A stretch of 64,000 bases of DNA from Planctomycetota bacterium (GTDB lineage Bacteria > Planctomycetota > SZUA-567 > H5-PLA8), in the NCBI GenBank assembly GCA_035628505.1, contig DASPJR010000215.1, positions 1,808 through 65,807 on the forward strand. The letters are read 5' to 3'. The position numbers were made by a program, and so were the translations under genes. How positions within the stretch are numbered: the stretch's first letter is position 1; each line of letters begins with the position of its first letter. Positions 52,268 through 62,419 of the stretch are shown here, one piece after another. The notes below the pieces were generated by a model. The model did not search any database, had not been told where the DNA came from, and worked only from the letters and a program-made list of their open reading frames with translations.

Positions 52268-55200
52268 ATGCGTCAACGGTTGGCCCTTAGGTCCGTGTTA
52301 GCGTTTTGCATCGCGCTTGGACTCGGACGCGTGTTGTTCGCGCCCAGTTCCGCGCCCAACGCTAAGCTCGCTGCTACTCCGGTTTCTACGACTCCCGCGC
52401 CCGCGGTAGCCGTATCAACGGCAGCGACGCAGACGGCTGCGCCGCAACAGACTCCGCTGCCATTCCGCAGCGTTGATCGCCAGTTCAAGAAAGTGGCCGG
52501 CGGCGTGCAGAACGAAAATGCGCGCATGACCCACTTCCTGGCCACCGACGTTCTGGAAGGTGTGCTGCATACCGCCCCGGGTCACAAGGATGCTTTTGTG
52601 CGCTGGGTTCCGCAGACTCAGGAATTGCGCCGCGGACAGTCGACGGTTGCGCTGCTGGGCAAAACCCGATCGTCAAAAGCGCAGATTGAAGACGTTGGGG
52701 GTCTCAGCCGCGTCAGCTACGCCGGGACTTATCCGGACACCGATGAACGCATGTACATCCGCCCGGACGGCGGAATGGAACACGACTTCCTGCTGAGCAC
52801 GCCGCCGCTGGGCATCGATGGCAGCTATACGCTCGCGTACACCGGCCGTCTGTCCATGAGCAGTGATCTGACGCTGTGGGACGGCAGGCAGCAGATCACC
52901 AAATCACACACCACGCGCGGAGAGATCCGCTTCAAGAACCGCCAGGGCAATACAGTTTTCTGCCTGCGCAAGCCACTGGCCTACGACGCGTCGGTCACTG
53001 CCGCTGACGGTACGCTCGATGCCGAAAAGCAGAGCAGCGAAGCGAATATCCGCTGCGCGACCGGTCTGTCTTATCACATCGATTTCGATGACTCCGGCGT
53101 CACCCTCGCGATTCTTACGCCCGGCAGCTGGCTGGCTGCGCCTGAACGCGCCTACCCCGTCGTTATCGATCCGAACTTCGGCCCCTTTGGTCTGGCCGAC
53201 GGCGATCCGCCGATCTACACCGGCGTCTCAGGTTCCGATACGCTGATCCCGGCCGACACGGGCGGCGTTCCGCTGGTGATTGTTGATACCTGCCCCAACA
53301 AGCCGGACAACGGCTACGGCATTATTCCCATGCCTTTTGCGTTCAACTACTACAACACAAACCATCCGGTCGGCTCGCCGCTTTACGTTCACATCGACGG
53401 CTTCGCTGGCTGGGAGCAGCCGCGGCCGTTCCCGCAGAATCCCAATCCGTGTCAGGACACCGACAACACGCAGATTCCATCGGCCGGCTATCCTGACAAT
53501 GCGTTCTTTGCGTACTGGGACGACCTGCGCTTCTCCACGACGCCCGGCAGCGGCATCTACTATTTCATCGACGGCGTAGCTCCGACGCGGCGCCTGGTGA
53601 TCGAATGGTTCAAGATGGGCTACTCGCGCGCCAACAACAACGAAGTGATCAGCTTCAATCTGGTGCTGTACGAGTGCGAAGACAAAATTCAGATCATTAT
53701 CGGTCAGACCAACGAAACCGAACGCGGTCTGGCAACGGTTGGAATCGAAGATCCGACAGGCGCCATTGGCATCCAGTATGAATTCAATTCCGCCCTCGGC
53801 GGCGCGCTGCTGGGAAATAATCAGGGCGGCCAGTTCAATCCGTTCCTCGGCGGCGGCTTCGGTGGATTCGGTGGATTCGGCGGCTTTGGCGGCGGTGGTT
53901 TTGGTGGCGGAGGCCTGGGCTTTGGAGGCTTCGGCGGATTTGGCGGCGGCGGATTTGGCGGCGGCTTCGGCGGCGGCGCTGGCGGCGCGGTACCGAACAA
54001 CAACACGCCGAACGTCGGCAACACCAGTCAGCCGATTACGCCCGGCACGTCGCTGGTCTTTCAGCGCTCAGCGCTGGGACTGCTGACCGTGACGTCTACG
54101 CCGCGCACCGGCTGTATCCCGCATACTGTCTGCTTTGAGTCGACGATCACCATTCCCGTTTCGTCCTGTACGACAGCCGGGCAGACCACGACTACGACCA
54201 CGACCGGCGGCGGCGGGTTGGCTGGCGGGATCGGCGGTGGAGGCGGCGGTACCGGAACCGGCACAGGCGGCGGCGGACCCAACAACAAGTCTTTCGGCTT
54301 TAACTGGGTGTTCGGTGATAATGCCGAAGGCTTCACTCCCAATGTCTGCCACACCTGGGTGACGCCAGGCGTTTACCGTGCACAGCTCACGATTACCGAC
54401 GAGTTCGGCGTGCCGCTGACCCTGGACTTCCTGATCCAGATCTGCGACGTGCCGGACGTAGTGATCTCGGCAACCCCGCAGGGCGGCGTGGCCCCGCTGA
54501 TCGTGGATCTTGACGCCTTTGCGGCGTCAGCCAGCGTGACCATCACCGGCAACCCGCTGTGGGTCGTCGACCGCTTGACGGCCAAGGCTGAGGCCGGAAT
54601 TTTTACGACCATCGGCACCACGCAAGGCACCCCGGTGCAGGCGCATCTGGATACGCCTGGCATCTACCGCGTGACAGTCACCTTCACGGGAACGGATACG
54701 ACCAGCGGCCTGCCGACGACGGGAACGGGCACGGTCTACATCTTCGTCGCGGCTCCGACTGATGTGATTGAGGATTCGCTGGTCATTACCGAATCGCGCG
54801 TGGTCGTCGACTGGGCTGGAAAGCGCGACGGCCCGGATCCGGACGGCTTGTCCACCAGCCCTGGCGGCGCCGGCAACACAACTCCGGGCCAGGGCTTTCC
54901 CGACAATCCCGAAAACGATACGCTGTTCGTTCGCGGCTTCCTGAGCCTGCCTGGAATCGGCGAGTCGGCTCTGCTCGGCCGCCGTGTACAGGTGACCCTC
55001 AACGGCGTGGAAGCGATCTTCGACGGCATCCTAGATGCCGCCGGCACCGCAACCATGAATGATCCTGTGACCGGTCGCAGTGGTGTATTCAACATTTCGC
55101 TTCCATCAGGTGCCTTCTACTGCAACGTCAAGCGCAGCCTCTACACGCTGCTCGGTGTTTCAGACACGACCGAAGTGCGGCTGCTGCCGGCATTCATCGG

Positions 55201-55873
55201 GCTGAGCGTTGAAAACCTGTATCCGCCGCCGACCAGCCCGCAGGGGTCCCTGATCACCTACGATTGGCGCTCCAAGGAATTCAATCCCGGTCCGCCGGTC
55301 ACCGGATCGGGCATCGGCAATTACCGCTTCGGTGCGCACACGCTGGATGGATTCGTCAGCGGTGTTCAGAATGGCGGCCGGCCGGGCGGCACCACCTCGC
55401 TAATCTCTGGCGCATTCATGGTTCTGAACGCCAAGCTGAAGCTCGAAGGCAGGAATGTGTACGCCGATATCAAGGGCAAACTGTCGCGCTACGGCGGAGA
55501 TGGCCTGCGGCCGGCCGACAACAGCGATGTGGTTGTCTCCATCGGCGGCTATTCGGAGACGCTCAATTTCACCAGCACCACCGGCTTCAAGGCCACGGGC
55601 AAGGCTCCGAATCTGCGCTTCAGCTTCAAGCGCAGCAAGACGCTGGGCAAGACTGGCATCGCGCAACTGCAGTGGTCCAACCGAGCGGGCGATTTCCGGG
55701 TGAAGACCAATGCCATTCCCAATGAACTGGTGGGGCTCAACCCGGCCGTCGGTGTGCAGGTACTGGTACTCGGCCTCACCATTACTCCGGAGAACGGCCA
55801 GATCTTCAGCGGCGCGTCACGGTTTGAGCTGACCAAGAAGTCACCGACGGATTTTGTGCGAAACTCGAAATAA
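52268..55873 (+). CDS. large secreted protein with Gly-rich (GGFGG)n repeat and PKD-like domain(s)
   Basis: ATG 52268 follows GGAGGA. Signal peptide MRQRLALRSVLAFCIALGLG. GGFGGFGGFGGFGGGGFGGGG... at aa 525-575. PKD-like FGDNAEGFTPNVCHTWVTPGVYRAQLTITDEFG. Confidence 0.8.
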   Translation: MRQRLALRSVLAFCIALGLGRVLFAPSSAPNAKLAATPVSTTPAPAVAVSTAATQTAAPQQTPLPFRSVDRQFKKVAGGVQNENARMTHFLATDVLEGVLHTAPGHKDAFVRWVPQTQELRRGQSTVALLGKTRSSKAQIEDVGGLSRVSYAGTYPDTDERMYIRPDGGMEHDFLLSTPPLGIDGSYTLAYTGRLSMSSDLTLWDGRQQITKSHTTRGEIRFKNRQGNTVFCLRKPLAYDASVTAADGTLDAEKQSSEANIRCATGLSYHIDFDDSGVTLAILTPGSWLAAPERAYPVVIDPNFGPFGLADGDPPIYTGVSGSDTLIPADTGGVPLVIVDTCPNKPDNGYGIIPMPFAFNYYNTNHPVGSPLYVHIDGFAGWEQPRPFPQNPNPCQDTDNTQIPSAGYPDNAFFAYWDDLRFSTTPGSGIYYFIDGVAPTRRLVIEWFKMGYSRANNNEVISFNLVLYECEDKIQIIIGQTNETERGLATVGIEDPTGAIGIQYEFNSALGGALLGNNQGGQFNPFLGGGFGGFGGFGGFGGGGFGGGGLGFGGFGGFGGGGFGGGFGGGAGGAVPNNNTPNVGNTSQPITPGTSLVFQRSALGLLTVTSTPRTGCIPHTVCFESTITIPVSSCTTAGQTTTTTTTGGGGLAGGIGGGGGGTGTGTGGGGPNNKSFGFNWVFGDNAEGFTPNVCHTWVTPGVYRAQLTITDEFGVPLTLDFLIQICDVPDVVISATPQGGVAPLIVDLDAFAASASVTITGNPLWVVDRLTAKAEAGIFTTIGTTQGTPVQAHLDTPGIYRVTVTFTGTDTTSGLPTTGTGTVYIFVAAPTDVIEDSLVITESRVVVDWAGKRDGPDPDGLSTSPGGAGNTTPGQGFPDNPENDTLFVRGFLSLPGIGESALLGRRVQVTLNGVEAIFDGILDAAGTATMNDPVTGRSGVFNISLPSGAFYCNVKRSLYTLLGVSDTTEVRLLPAFIGLSVENLYPPPTSPQGSLITYDWRSKEFNPGPPVTGSGIGNYRFGAHTLDGFVSGVQNGGRPGGTTSLISGAFMVLNAKLKLEGRNVYADIKGKLSRYGGDGLRPADNSDVVVSIGGYSETLNFTSTTGFKATGKAPNLRFSFKRSKTLGKTGIAQLQWSNRAGDFRVKTNAIPNELVGLNPAVGVQVLVLGLTITPENGQIFSGASRFELTKKSPTDFVRNSK
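53836..53990 (+). repeat. tandem GGC-TTC-GGY nucleotide repeat encoding the (GGFGG)n tract (coding)
   Basis: ggcggcttcggtggattcggtggattcggcggctttggcggc... Read from the sequence inside the CDS. Confidence 0.8.
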
Positions 55874-55927
55874 AGACTGTGCGCCGGCGCCACGCCGGTT
55901 GAGAGATCAGGGCGAAGGGGAAAAATA

Positions 55928-58495
55928 ATGTCGCACGTCTGCTCATTAGGAACGGCTGGCCGCAGATACCTCAACGCAGTACTCTGCCTGGCGCTGCTGG
56001 CAGTGACTGCCGCCCACGCGGCCACACCCGGAAATATTTTTACGGCAGTGGGCACGGGAACCTTCGGGTTTTCCGGCGACAACGGCCCGGGCACGCAGGC
56101 ACGGTTGAATTCGCCTGAAGGTCTTGCAGCCGGAAACAACGGCAACATCTACATTGCCGACCGCGACAATCACTGCATTCGCAAGTATGACGTGACCACC
56201 GGAATCGTCACTACCGTCGCCGGCCAGGGCGGCCAGGGTGGATTTGCTGGAGACAACGGCCTGGCGACGAATGCTCGACTGGCGTTTCCCGAAAGCGTGG
56301 CGATCGACAATAAAGACAATCTCTACATTGCCGACACCGGCAATAATCGTATTCGCCGGGTCGATGGCGCAACCGGTATTATTACGACGCTCGCCGGAAC
56401 AGGCGCGGCCGGTTACGGCGGAGATGGCGGCCCGTCTACACTGGCGCTTCTGAACACTCCGACTTGCGTGAGCCTCGATTACACCGCGACACTCCTTTAC
56501 ATTATCGATCGCGGAAACAACGTCTGCCGCCGCATCGATCTGGGCAGCAATACCATATCGCTCTTTGCCGGCGTTCCCGGCGCGGCTCAGGCGTACGCCG
56601 GAGACGGCGGCCCGGCCCTGTTTGCCTCCTTCAGCTTTGACATCGGCGGAAACTTCGTTGCCGTGGATCCTGCCGGGAACGTGTTCTTCTCCGACGAAAA
56701 CAACAACCGCGTCCGCGCTGTGAACGTAGAGAATGGCATTATCGACACAGTTGCAGGCAATGGAGCCGACGCCTTCGCCGGCGACGGCGGACTGGCCATT
56801 CAGGCAAGCCTCGACGATCCCACCAGCATTGCGCTCGATGGTGCTGGAAACCTGTGGATCATGGACGAACTCAATGAGCGCATTCGTCTGGTCAGCGTTC
56901 TCGATGCCAAGATCTCAACGGTTTGCGGAAACGGCGTTGCGGGTTTCTCCGGTGACGGCGGCCCGGCGGTGAATGCGCAGGTCTCGCTCACTTCGGCAGG
57001 ACCCGGAATTATCGTCAACAACCGCGGCGACGTGTTCTTCTCGGACATTCTCAACGAGCGCGTCCGTTTCATCAGCCAGATTACCTCGCCAACGCCTGTG
57101 CCCGGCTCGCCTGAAGCGCTGCAGAAAGTGCAGCAGACACTGGCGGGAGGCGGCACTACGGGCCAGGGCGTGTTCGGCACGAACGGCACGGGAATTTTCA
57201 CCTACTCGCTCGATTGCCCCGGCCGCGTAAGCATTGGTCTGGCCAACGCCAGCACCGCCAAGCCTAATCAGGGCAACATCCCCATTCCGTGTTTCACCAA
57301 GAACCAGAATGGTGGCTCGTTCGCCGCACCGGTAACTGTCAACCCGGCCTGCAGCTACCTGCCCGTGTCTACGAATCCCGATGAAGAATACCTGTACCTG
57401 GCCATCTGGGATTTCGGCGATGGCACACCGCCGGTCGTTGTTCCGGGAAGCCCCACGGCCGATCCCTCCATTGCGCTCTCTTCGGTGACCAAGACCTACT
57501 GCGGAAACCAGAAGTATACGATTACGCTGCGGCTGGATGTTACGGTACGAAATATCGGCAGCGGCAACATGCGCGAGGGCGCGTCGGCGTTCATCACGGG
57601 CGAAGCACAGACCACGAACTTCAATCTGCCGCCGCAGCCTGTTATTCTGCAGGAAGGTTCAGCCAACACGGGAGTTCTTCCGGTCGAAGTTGTAATCAAT
57701 CCGAACGCGAGCCAGGATCCGGACGGTTGGATCATCTGGGCCGCAATCGACTGGGGTGATGGCAGCCGCGAATTGATTTCGCCGCTTCCCCCGCAGACCC
57801 CGCCTGTGATCCTGCGCCATACCTACACGAACCAGGGCATCTACCAAGTGACGCTCTCTGTGATTGACAACGGCCGAATGCAGCCGGGAACCGTGCTCGA
57901 CCAGACTCCCGCCGCTGATGATCCAAATGCCGCGCTGACGTACATCACGAATTTCCAGAGCACGCTTGGAACACTGCCGGTGCAGTTTAAGGACGCGAAG
58001 TTCAATCCGATGCTCAAGCAGGACTTCCTGCTGGTGCAGGTCTCCGGAAGCATGTTTGCGACCAAGGGAACGTTCAATGTCTCGTTCGCCAACCCGAACA
58101 GCGACAAACTCGATGTCACGCTGACGTCGAACGTGTTTGCCGACACGCTGTCGAACGCTTCGGTGCAGCTCACGATTGGATCGGGCCCCACGGCCTTGAA
58201 GCTTCCGGCGTTCAAGACGGACGTCCGCGGCCGTTACAGGGATCAGGCGCTCGGCCTGAAATTCGATTTCAACGGCCGCAAGAGGCTGCTGCGCTTGACG
58301 CTGACACGTGCCGCGCTCGTCAGTGCCCTGAAGCTCACCAGCAATACCGTTGTGAACGGCAATGTCGATGTGCCTATCAGCATTGTCGTGAACGGAAACA
58401 CGCCGCTGACCACCGTTGTGCGCTTTGTTTACAACGCGTCGGCTGGCGAGAAGGGCATGGGCCGCAAGGGACTCTCCTTCCCCAGCGGGTTCTAA
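55928..58495 (+). CDS. secreted NHL-repeat beta-propeller + PKD-domain protein
   Basis: Signal peptide (LNAVLCLALLAVTAAHA). At least six NHL-type repeats (GDNGPGTQARLNSPEGLA...GNIYIADRDNHCIRKYD, repeated). PKD-like blocks (DFGDGTPPVV..., IDWGDGSREL...YQVTLSVIDNG). Confidence 0.85.
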   Translation: MSHVCSLGTAGRRYLNAVLCLALLAVTAAHAATPGNIFTAVGTGTFGFSGDNGPGTQARLNSPEGLAAGNNGNIYIADRDNHCIRKYDVTTGIVTTVAGQGGQGGFAGDNGLATNARLAFPESVAIDNKDNLYIADTGNNRIRRVDGATGIITTLAGTGAAGYGGDGGPSTLALLNTPTCVSLDYTATLLYIIDRGNNVCRRIDLGSNTISLFAGVPGAAQAYAGDGGPALFASFSFDIGGNFVAVDPAGNVFFSDENNNRVRAVNVENGIIDTVAGNGADAFAGDGGLAIQASLDDPTSIALDGAGNLWIMDELNERIRLVSVLDAKISTVCGNGVAGFSGDGGPAVNAQVSLTSAGPGIIVNNRGDVFFSDILNERVRFISQITSPTPVPGSPEALQKVQQTLAGGGTTGQGVFGTNGTGIFTYSLDCPGRVSIGLANASTAKPNQGNIPIPCFTKNQNGGSFAAPVTVNPACSYLPVSTNPDEEYLYLAIWDFGDGTPPVVVPGSPTADPSIALSSVTKTYCGNQKYTITLRLDVTVRNIGSGNMREGASAFITGEAQTTNFNLPPQPVILQEGSANTGVLPVEVVINPNASQDPDGWIIWAAIDWGDGSRELISPLPPQTPPVILRHTYTNQGIYQVTLSVIDNGRMQPGTVLDQTPAADDPNAALTYITNFQSTLGTLPVQFKDAKFNPMLKQDFLLVQVSGSMFATKGTFNVSFANPNSDKLDVTLTSNVFADTLSNASVQLTIGSGPTALKLPAFKTDVRGRYRDQALGLKFDFNGRKRLLRLTLTRAALVSALKLTSNTVVNGNVDVPISIVVNGNTPLTTVVRFVYNASAGEKGMGRKGLSFPSGF

Positions 58496-58707
58496 ATCTT
58501 GCGGCTGCGAGCGGTGGAAATCCGCCGCTCGGTGCTCACAGGATTCCCGCGTCGAGCACGTTGCTGCACCGGATGAGAGCATGTGTTCGGTGCGTCAATA
58601 GAATTCAATTGACAGAACTGTGCTCATCGCGCAAAGTTTAACAGACTTCAGAAAAGCAGGCGTGGGTTGCCCATGCCAAACGTTCACTCTTCTCCTGCGA
58701 GGCGCGT

Positions 58708-59781
58708 ATGTCGGAGGCGGATGACCTAAAGTCGATCTCCGAATCCAAGCACTACTACATGGTGCGCCTGCTGGCCGAAGGCGGTATGGGTGCCGTCTAC
58801 GAAGCTCAGCAGTACGGCGCAGAAGGCTTCCAGAAAACAGTTGCGATTAAAACGATTCTGGAAAGCTTTTCGGAAAATCCCGAGTTCGTCCGCCTCTTTA
58901 TCGGCGAAGCAAAGCTCGTCGCCGACCTCGTTCACGAGAATATCGTGCAGGTCTATCACCTGGGCAAAACGGGGAAGATTTACTACATCGCCCTTGAGTT
59001 TGTCGAAGGCATTAACCTCGAACACTTCATTGATTACCACATCGACCGCGGGCTTGAGTTCCCCATCGAGCTCGGCGCTTTCATTATCAGCCGTGTCTGC
59101 CGGGGTCTCGAATACGCGCACAACAAACGCGGCCGCGACGGACAGCATTTGGGCATCGTTCACCGTGATGTTTCACCCAAGAACATCATGATCAACTACG
59201 AAGGCGTCGTGAAGCTCACGGACTTTGGCATCGCCAAGGCGCGGCAGCTGATGGAACAGGAGGAAGGCGAAGTCCTGATGGGCAAGGTCGAGTACATGTC
59301 GCCCGAACAGGCCCGCTACGAACACACCGACAAGCGCTCAGATCTCTTCTCACTCGGCATCGTCATGTACGAACTCCTCACCGGTCATCACATTTTCGAG
59401 ACCGATGACATCTACGAGACGATGGAGAACGTCAAGGACAAGCCGATCCCCGATCCGAAAAAATTCCGGCCGGACATGCCCGACATGCTGCGCGACGTTT
59501 TGATGAAGTCGCTCGAGCGCGATTTGACCAAGCGCTACCAGACTGCCGGCGAGATGGGCGTGGCGCTGGAGTATTACATGTACCACAACCGCTACGGCCC
59601 CACGAATGTGACGCTGGGCAATTACCTCAAGCACCACTTCCTGGGACAAGGCTCGGACGCGATGGATTCCAGGCGGCTGCCGAACCCTGTCGTGCAGCAC
59701 CGCGCCGATACGCTCTTCGGCGACGTGCTTTCGCGAGCAAAGACTGAGACGTTGCCGCCGCACCCCAAGCAGCAGGGCTGA
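58708..59781 (+). CDS. Ser/Thr protein kinase, soluble (kinase domain only)
   Basis: GGMGAVYEA, VAIK, HRDVSPKNIMI, DFGIAKA and SPEQ motifs. 357 aa. No TM segment. Confidence 0.9.
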   Translation: MSEADDLKSISESKHYYMVRLLAEGGMGAVYEAQQYGAEGFQKTVAIKTILESFSENPEFVRLFIGEAKLVADLVHENIVQVYHLGKTGKIYYIALEFVEGINLEHFIDYHIDRGLEFPIELGAFIISRVCRGLEYAHNKRGRDGQHLGIVHRDVSPKNIMINYEGVVKLTDFGIAKARQLMEQEEGEVLMGKVEYMSPEQARYEHTDKRSDLFSLGIVMYELLTGHHIFETDDIYETMENVKDKPIPDPKKFRPDMPDMLRDVLMKSLERDLTKRYQTAGEMGVALEYYMYHNRYGPTNVTLGNYLKHHFLGQGSDAMDSRRLPNPVVQHRADTLFGDVLSRAKTETLPPHPKQQG

Positions 59782-59783
59782 TC

Positions 59784-60662
59784 TCAGTCCATTGTTTCCA
59801 GAGTCGTGGGAACGTCTTCAAGCTTAACCATGTCAATCTGTGCCCACGACCATTCCGTGTCGGCGGGCCCGTGTTCGGTCGCAATCTGCTGAGCCCACTT
59901 CTGCTTGAACTTCAGCCCGTTTTTCACGGTCAGATATGGATAATTGAGCGCGCCCGTGCGGCCGGTGGTTACGTTCTCGAAATGATAGAGCTCGACTCCC
60001 GGTTCGTAACGGCAGAGATAGCCGGCCTGGCGAATGCGGTAGCAGTAATCGATATCTTCAAACTGTACGGGGGAAAAACGCTCGTCCAGTTCTCCCACTT
60101 TACGCGCAACATCCGCCCGCATCATCCAGCAGGCACTGATCAGTGTCTGGCAATCCCGCGCGGTGTTGAAGCGCGGATCAAGCCGGCCGTGACCGCGGCC
60201 GCTGAAGATCACCCGACCGCCTGTCGTTACCGCGCAGCCGGCGCATTGGATATCATGCGGAGGGAGCGCGTACACGAGCTTGGGCCCGGCAGCGCCAATT
60301 CGTTCATCGCTCAGCAGTGTCGCACGAAGCTTTTCCAGCCATGAACGCGTGCGGATGACGATGTCGTTGTCCAGGAATACCCAGTACTTTCCTGTCATCC
60401 GTTCCATGCCGCGATTGCGTCCCACGATCGCTCCGAGATTTTCGTCAAGGCGCAGCCGCGTGACGGCTATGCGTTCAGAGGCGGCGCGTGCTTCAAAAGC
60501 ATCCAGCACCGCCGGCGTGTCGTCGGACGAACCATTGTCGACAAGCACGACATGAAACGGTCGCAGCGTGCTGACGAAAAGCGAGTCCAGGCAACGGCGC
60601 GTGTAAGCCGATTTGTTGTGCGCCAGGATAAGGATGCTGATGTCACAGGAGCTTGCGTCCAT
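59784..60662 (-). CDS. family-2 glycosyltransferase
   Basis: ISILILAHNKSAYTRRCLDSL...VVLVDNGSSDDT (GT-A DxD region), later DNDIV. I chose the start at MDASS (60662). ORF-track start is 60722. Confidence 0.8.
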   Translation of the reverse strand: MDASSCDISILILAHNKSAYTRRCLDSLFVSTLRPFHVVLVDNGSSDDTPAVLDAFEARAASERIAVTRLRLDENLGAIVGRNRGMERMTGKYWVFLDNDIVIRTRSWLEKLRATLLSDERIGAAGPKLVYALPPHDIQCAGCAVTTGGRVIFSGRGHGRLDPRFNTARDCQTLISACWMMRADVARKVGELDERFSPVQFEDIDYCYRIRQAGYLCRYEPGVELYHFENVTTGRTGALNYPYLTVKNGLKFKQKWAQQIATEHGPADTEWSWAQIDMVKLEDVPTTLETMD

Positions 60663-60784
60663 GCCAGCGTTGTCGCCGACGCACGCGGCGCAGTCAAGTC
60701 GCAGCACAATCCGGCCCGGCAAAAGAGAACTCCGGGGCAGATGCTTGCCCCGGAGTTTTTGAAAATCGACGGCGACTGATGCTT

Positions 60785-62137
60785 TTAAACGCTGTATTGG
60801 TTCGGCGATGGCGGCGCCTGCGGCTGCGGTGCCTGAGGGGCGGGTACCGACGACTGCGGCATGACCGGGGGCTGTGCCGGAACCGGCGGCGGCGGATCGA
60901 ACAGCGGCGCGGAATTGCCGTGAATCGCACGCGGCTGCTGTGGCGGCATGGGTTCATTCGCCTCGTTCTCAGCGAACATGCGATCTTTGCCGAGACCTTC
61001 CGAGCGCAGACGGTTGTAGATCGTCTTGCGGCTGATGCCCAGGATCTGCGCGGCGCGCGTCACATTGCCGTTGCAGACTTCCAGAGTCTTCTGCATGATC
61101 TGCACGACCATGGAGTCCAGTCCCATTTCAAGCGAAAGCTGGATCTGAGCGCCGTTGAGACGCTGTGTTCGGCCTTTGTCGTCGATGCGCGGCTGAACCG
61201 GCTGCGCAATCGCCGGCTGCGGCGCATCGATCACGATGCTCTCGCTCTCACGCATCTTTCGCGCGGCTGAGATCTTGTCGGGCAGATGCGACGAATCGAT
61301 CAGCCCGGTGGCGCTGAGGATCACCGCCTGGGAAACGGCATTGCGCAGCTCGCGCACGTTTCCAGGCCAGTCGTAGCTGCACAGGTCATGCAGCGCCTGG
61401 GCCGTAAAGCCCTTCATTTCGCGGCCGTCTTCGCTTGCCACTTTTTCGGCAAAATACGCGGCGAGCGCGGGAATGTCTTCCTTGCGCTGGCGAAGCGGCG
61501 GAACGGGAATCACGAACGATTCGAGGCGATAATACAGGTCTTCGCGGAAGCTGCCGGCCTTCACTTCGTTGACCAGGTTGCAGTTCGTGGCGGCGACGAT
61601 GCGGACGTTCACGGGAATTTCGCGGCTCGAACCGACGGGCTGGATCACGCGCTGCTCAAGAGCGCGCAGCAGGCCGATCTGCGTACGTGCGTCCATGGTG
61701 CCGAGTTCGTCGAGGAAGAGCGTTCCGCCGTCGGCCTCAACGAAGCGGCCGTCGCGGTCTTTCAACGCACCTGTAAACGAGCCTTTCACGTGGCCAAACA
61801 GCTCGCTGGCGACCAGCTCGCGCGGGATTGCACCGGTGTTCACCGCAACAAACCGCTGATGGCTGCGCTTGCTTTCCTGGTGAATGGCATTGGCGACCAG
61901 TTCCTTGCCCGAGCCCGTTTCGCCGATGATCAGCACCGAAAGTTCACTCGTGGCAGCGGATCGAATGCGGTCCTGCAGCTTGCGAAGCGCTTCACTGACG
62001 CCGACCATCCCCCACACCGTTGCGCCACGCCGAAGGCTTGAGAGCGGCACGTAATTTCCTTCGACCGCAGCAGGCATGACCAGTGCAGCAGGCTGACTTG
62101 CGTTCTCGACGACATTGTTAACTAGCGTTGTGGACAC
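60785..62137 (-). CDS. sigma-54-dependent transcriptional activator (AAA+ + Fis-type HTH) lacking an N-terminal regulatory domain, with Pro-rich C-terminal tail
   Basis: Walker A GETGSGKE. GSFTGA sigma-54 contact motif. ESELFGH. C-terminal HTH (AAQILGISRKTIYNRL), then about 70 aa rich in P and Q. Only about 45 aa precede the AAA+ core. Confidence 0.85.
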   Translation of the reverse strand: MSTTLVNNVVENASQPAALVMPAAVEGNYVPLSSLRRGATVWGMVGVSEALRKLQDRIRSAATSELSVLIIGETGSGKELVANAIHQESKRSHQRFVAVNTGAIPRELVASELFGHVKGSFTGALKDRDGRFVEADGGTLFLDELGTMDARTQIGLLRALEQRVIQPVGSSREIPVNVRIVAATNCNLVNEVKAGSFREDLYYRLESFVIPVPPLRQRKEDIPALAAYFAEKVASEDGREMKGFTAQALHDLCSYDWPGNVRELRNAVSQAVILSATGLIDSSHLPDKISAARKMRESESIVIDAPQPAIAQPVQPRIDDKGRTQRLNGAQIQLSLEMGLDSMVVQIMQKTLEVCNGNVTRAAQILGISRKTIYNRLRSEGLGKDRMFAENEANEPMPPQQPRAIHGNSAPLFDPPPPVPAQPPVMPQSSVPAPQAPQPQAPPSPNQYSV

Positions 62138-62419
62138 AATAACCTCCTCGGCTTCAGTGCGTGAAAATCCCGTCCAGCTTGACTGCCCCCTATTCGCAAG
62201 AGTGATGCCACGACAGGCGAATCGCTAAGTGCTGTGGCAGACTCATGTTTGAATTTGAAGAGCTCGCCAAAACGCCGTGCGATTTCGTTATAGGCAAAAT
62301 TGCATATTTTCCTTTACGCAAGCGTTGCCATTTGGAGAATTCCATCAGGCTGGTAGTAGTTGAAATTTTCACCGTGAAAAATAGGAATGCGCAGCATCGG
62401 CGCGTGAAAGAAAAACTGA

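Noticed and set aside
53836-53990. Short tandem repeat that could be mistaken for a CRISPR or VNTR locus
   Set aside because: It lies in-frame within a long CDS and encodes a Gly/Phe tract. It has no spacer structure.
57659-58582. 307-aa minus-strand ORF
   Set aside because: It is antisense to the NHL/PKD gene.
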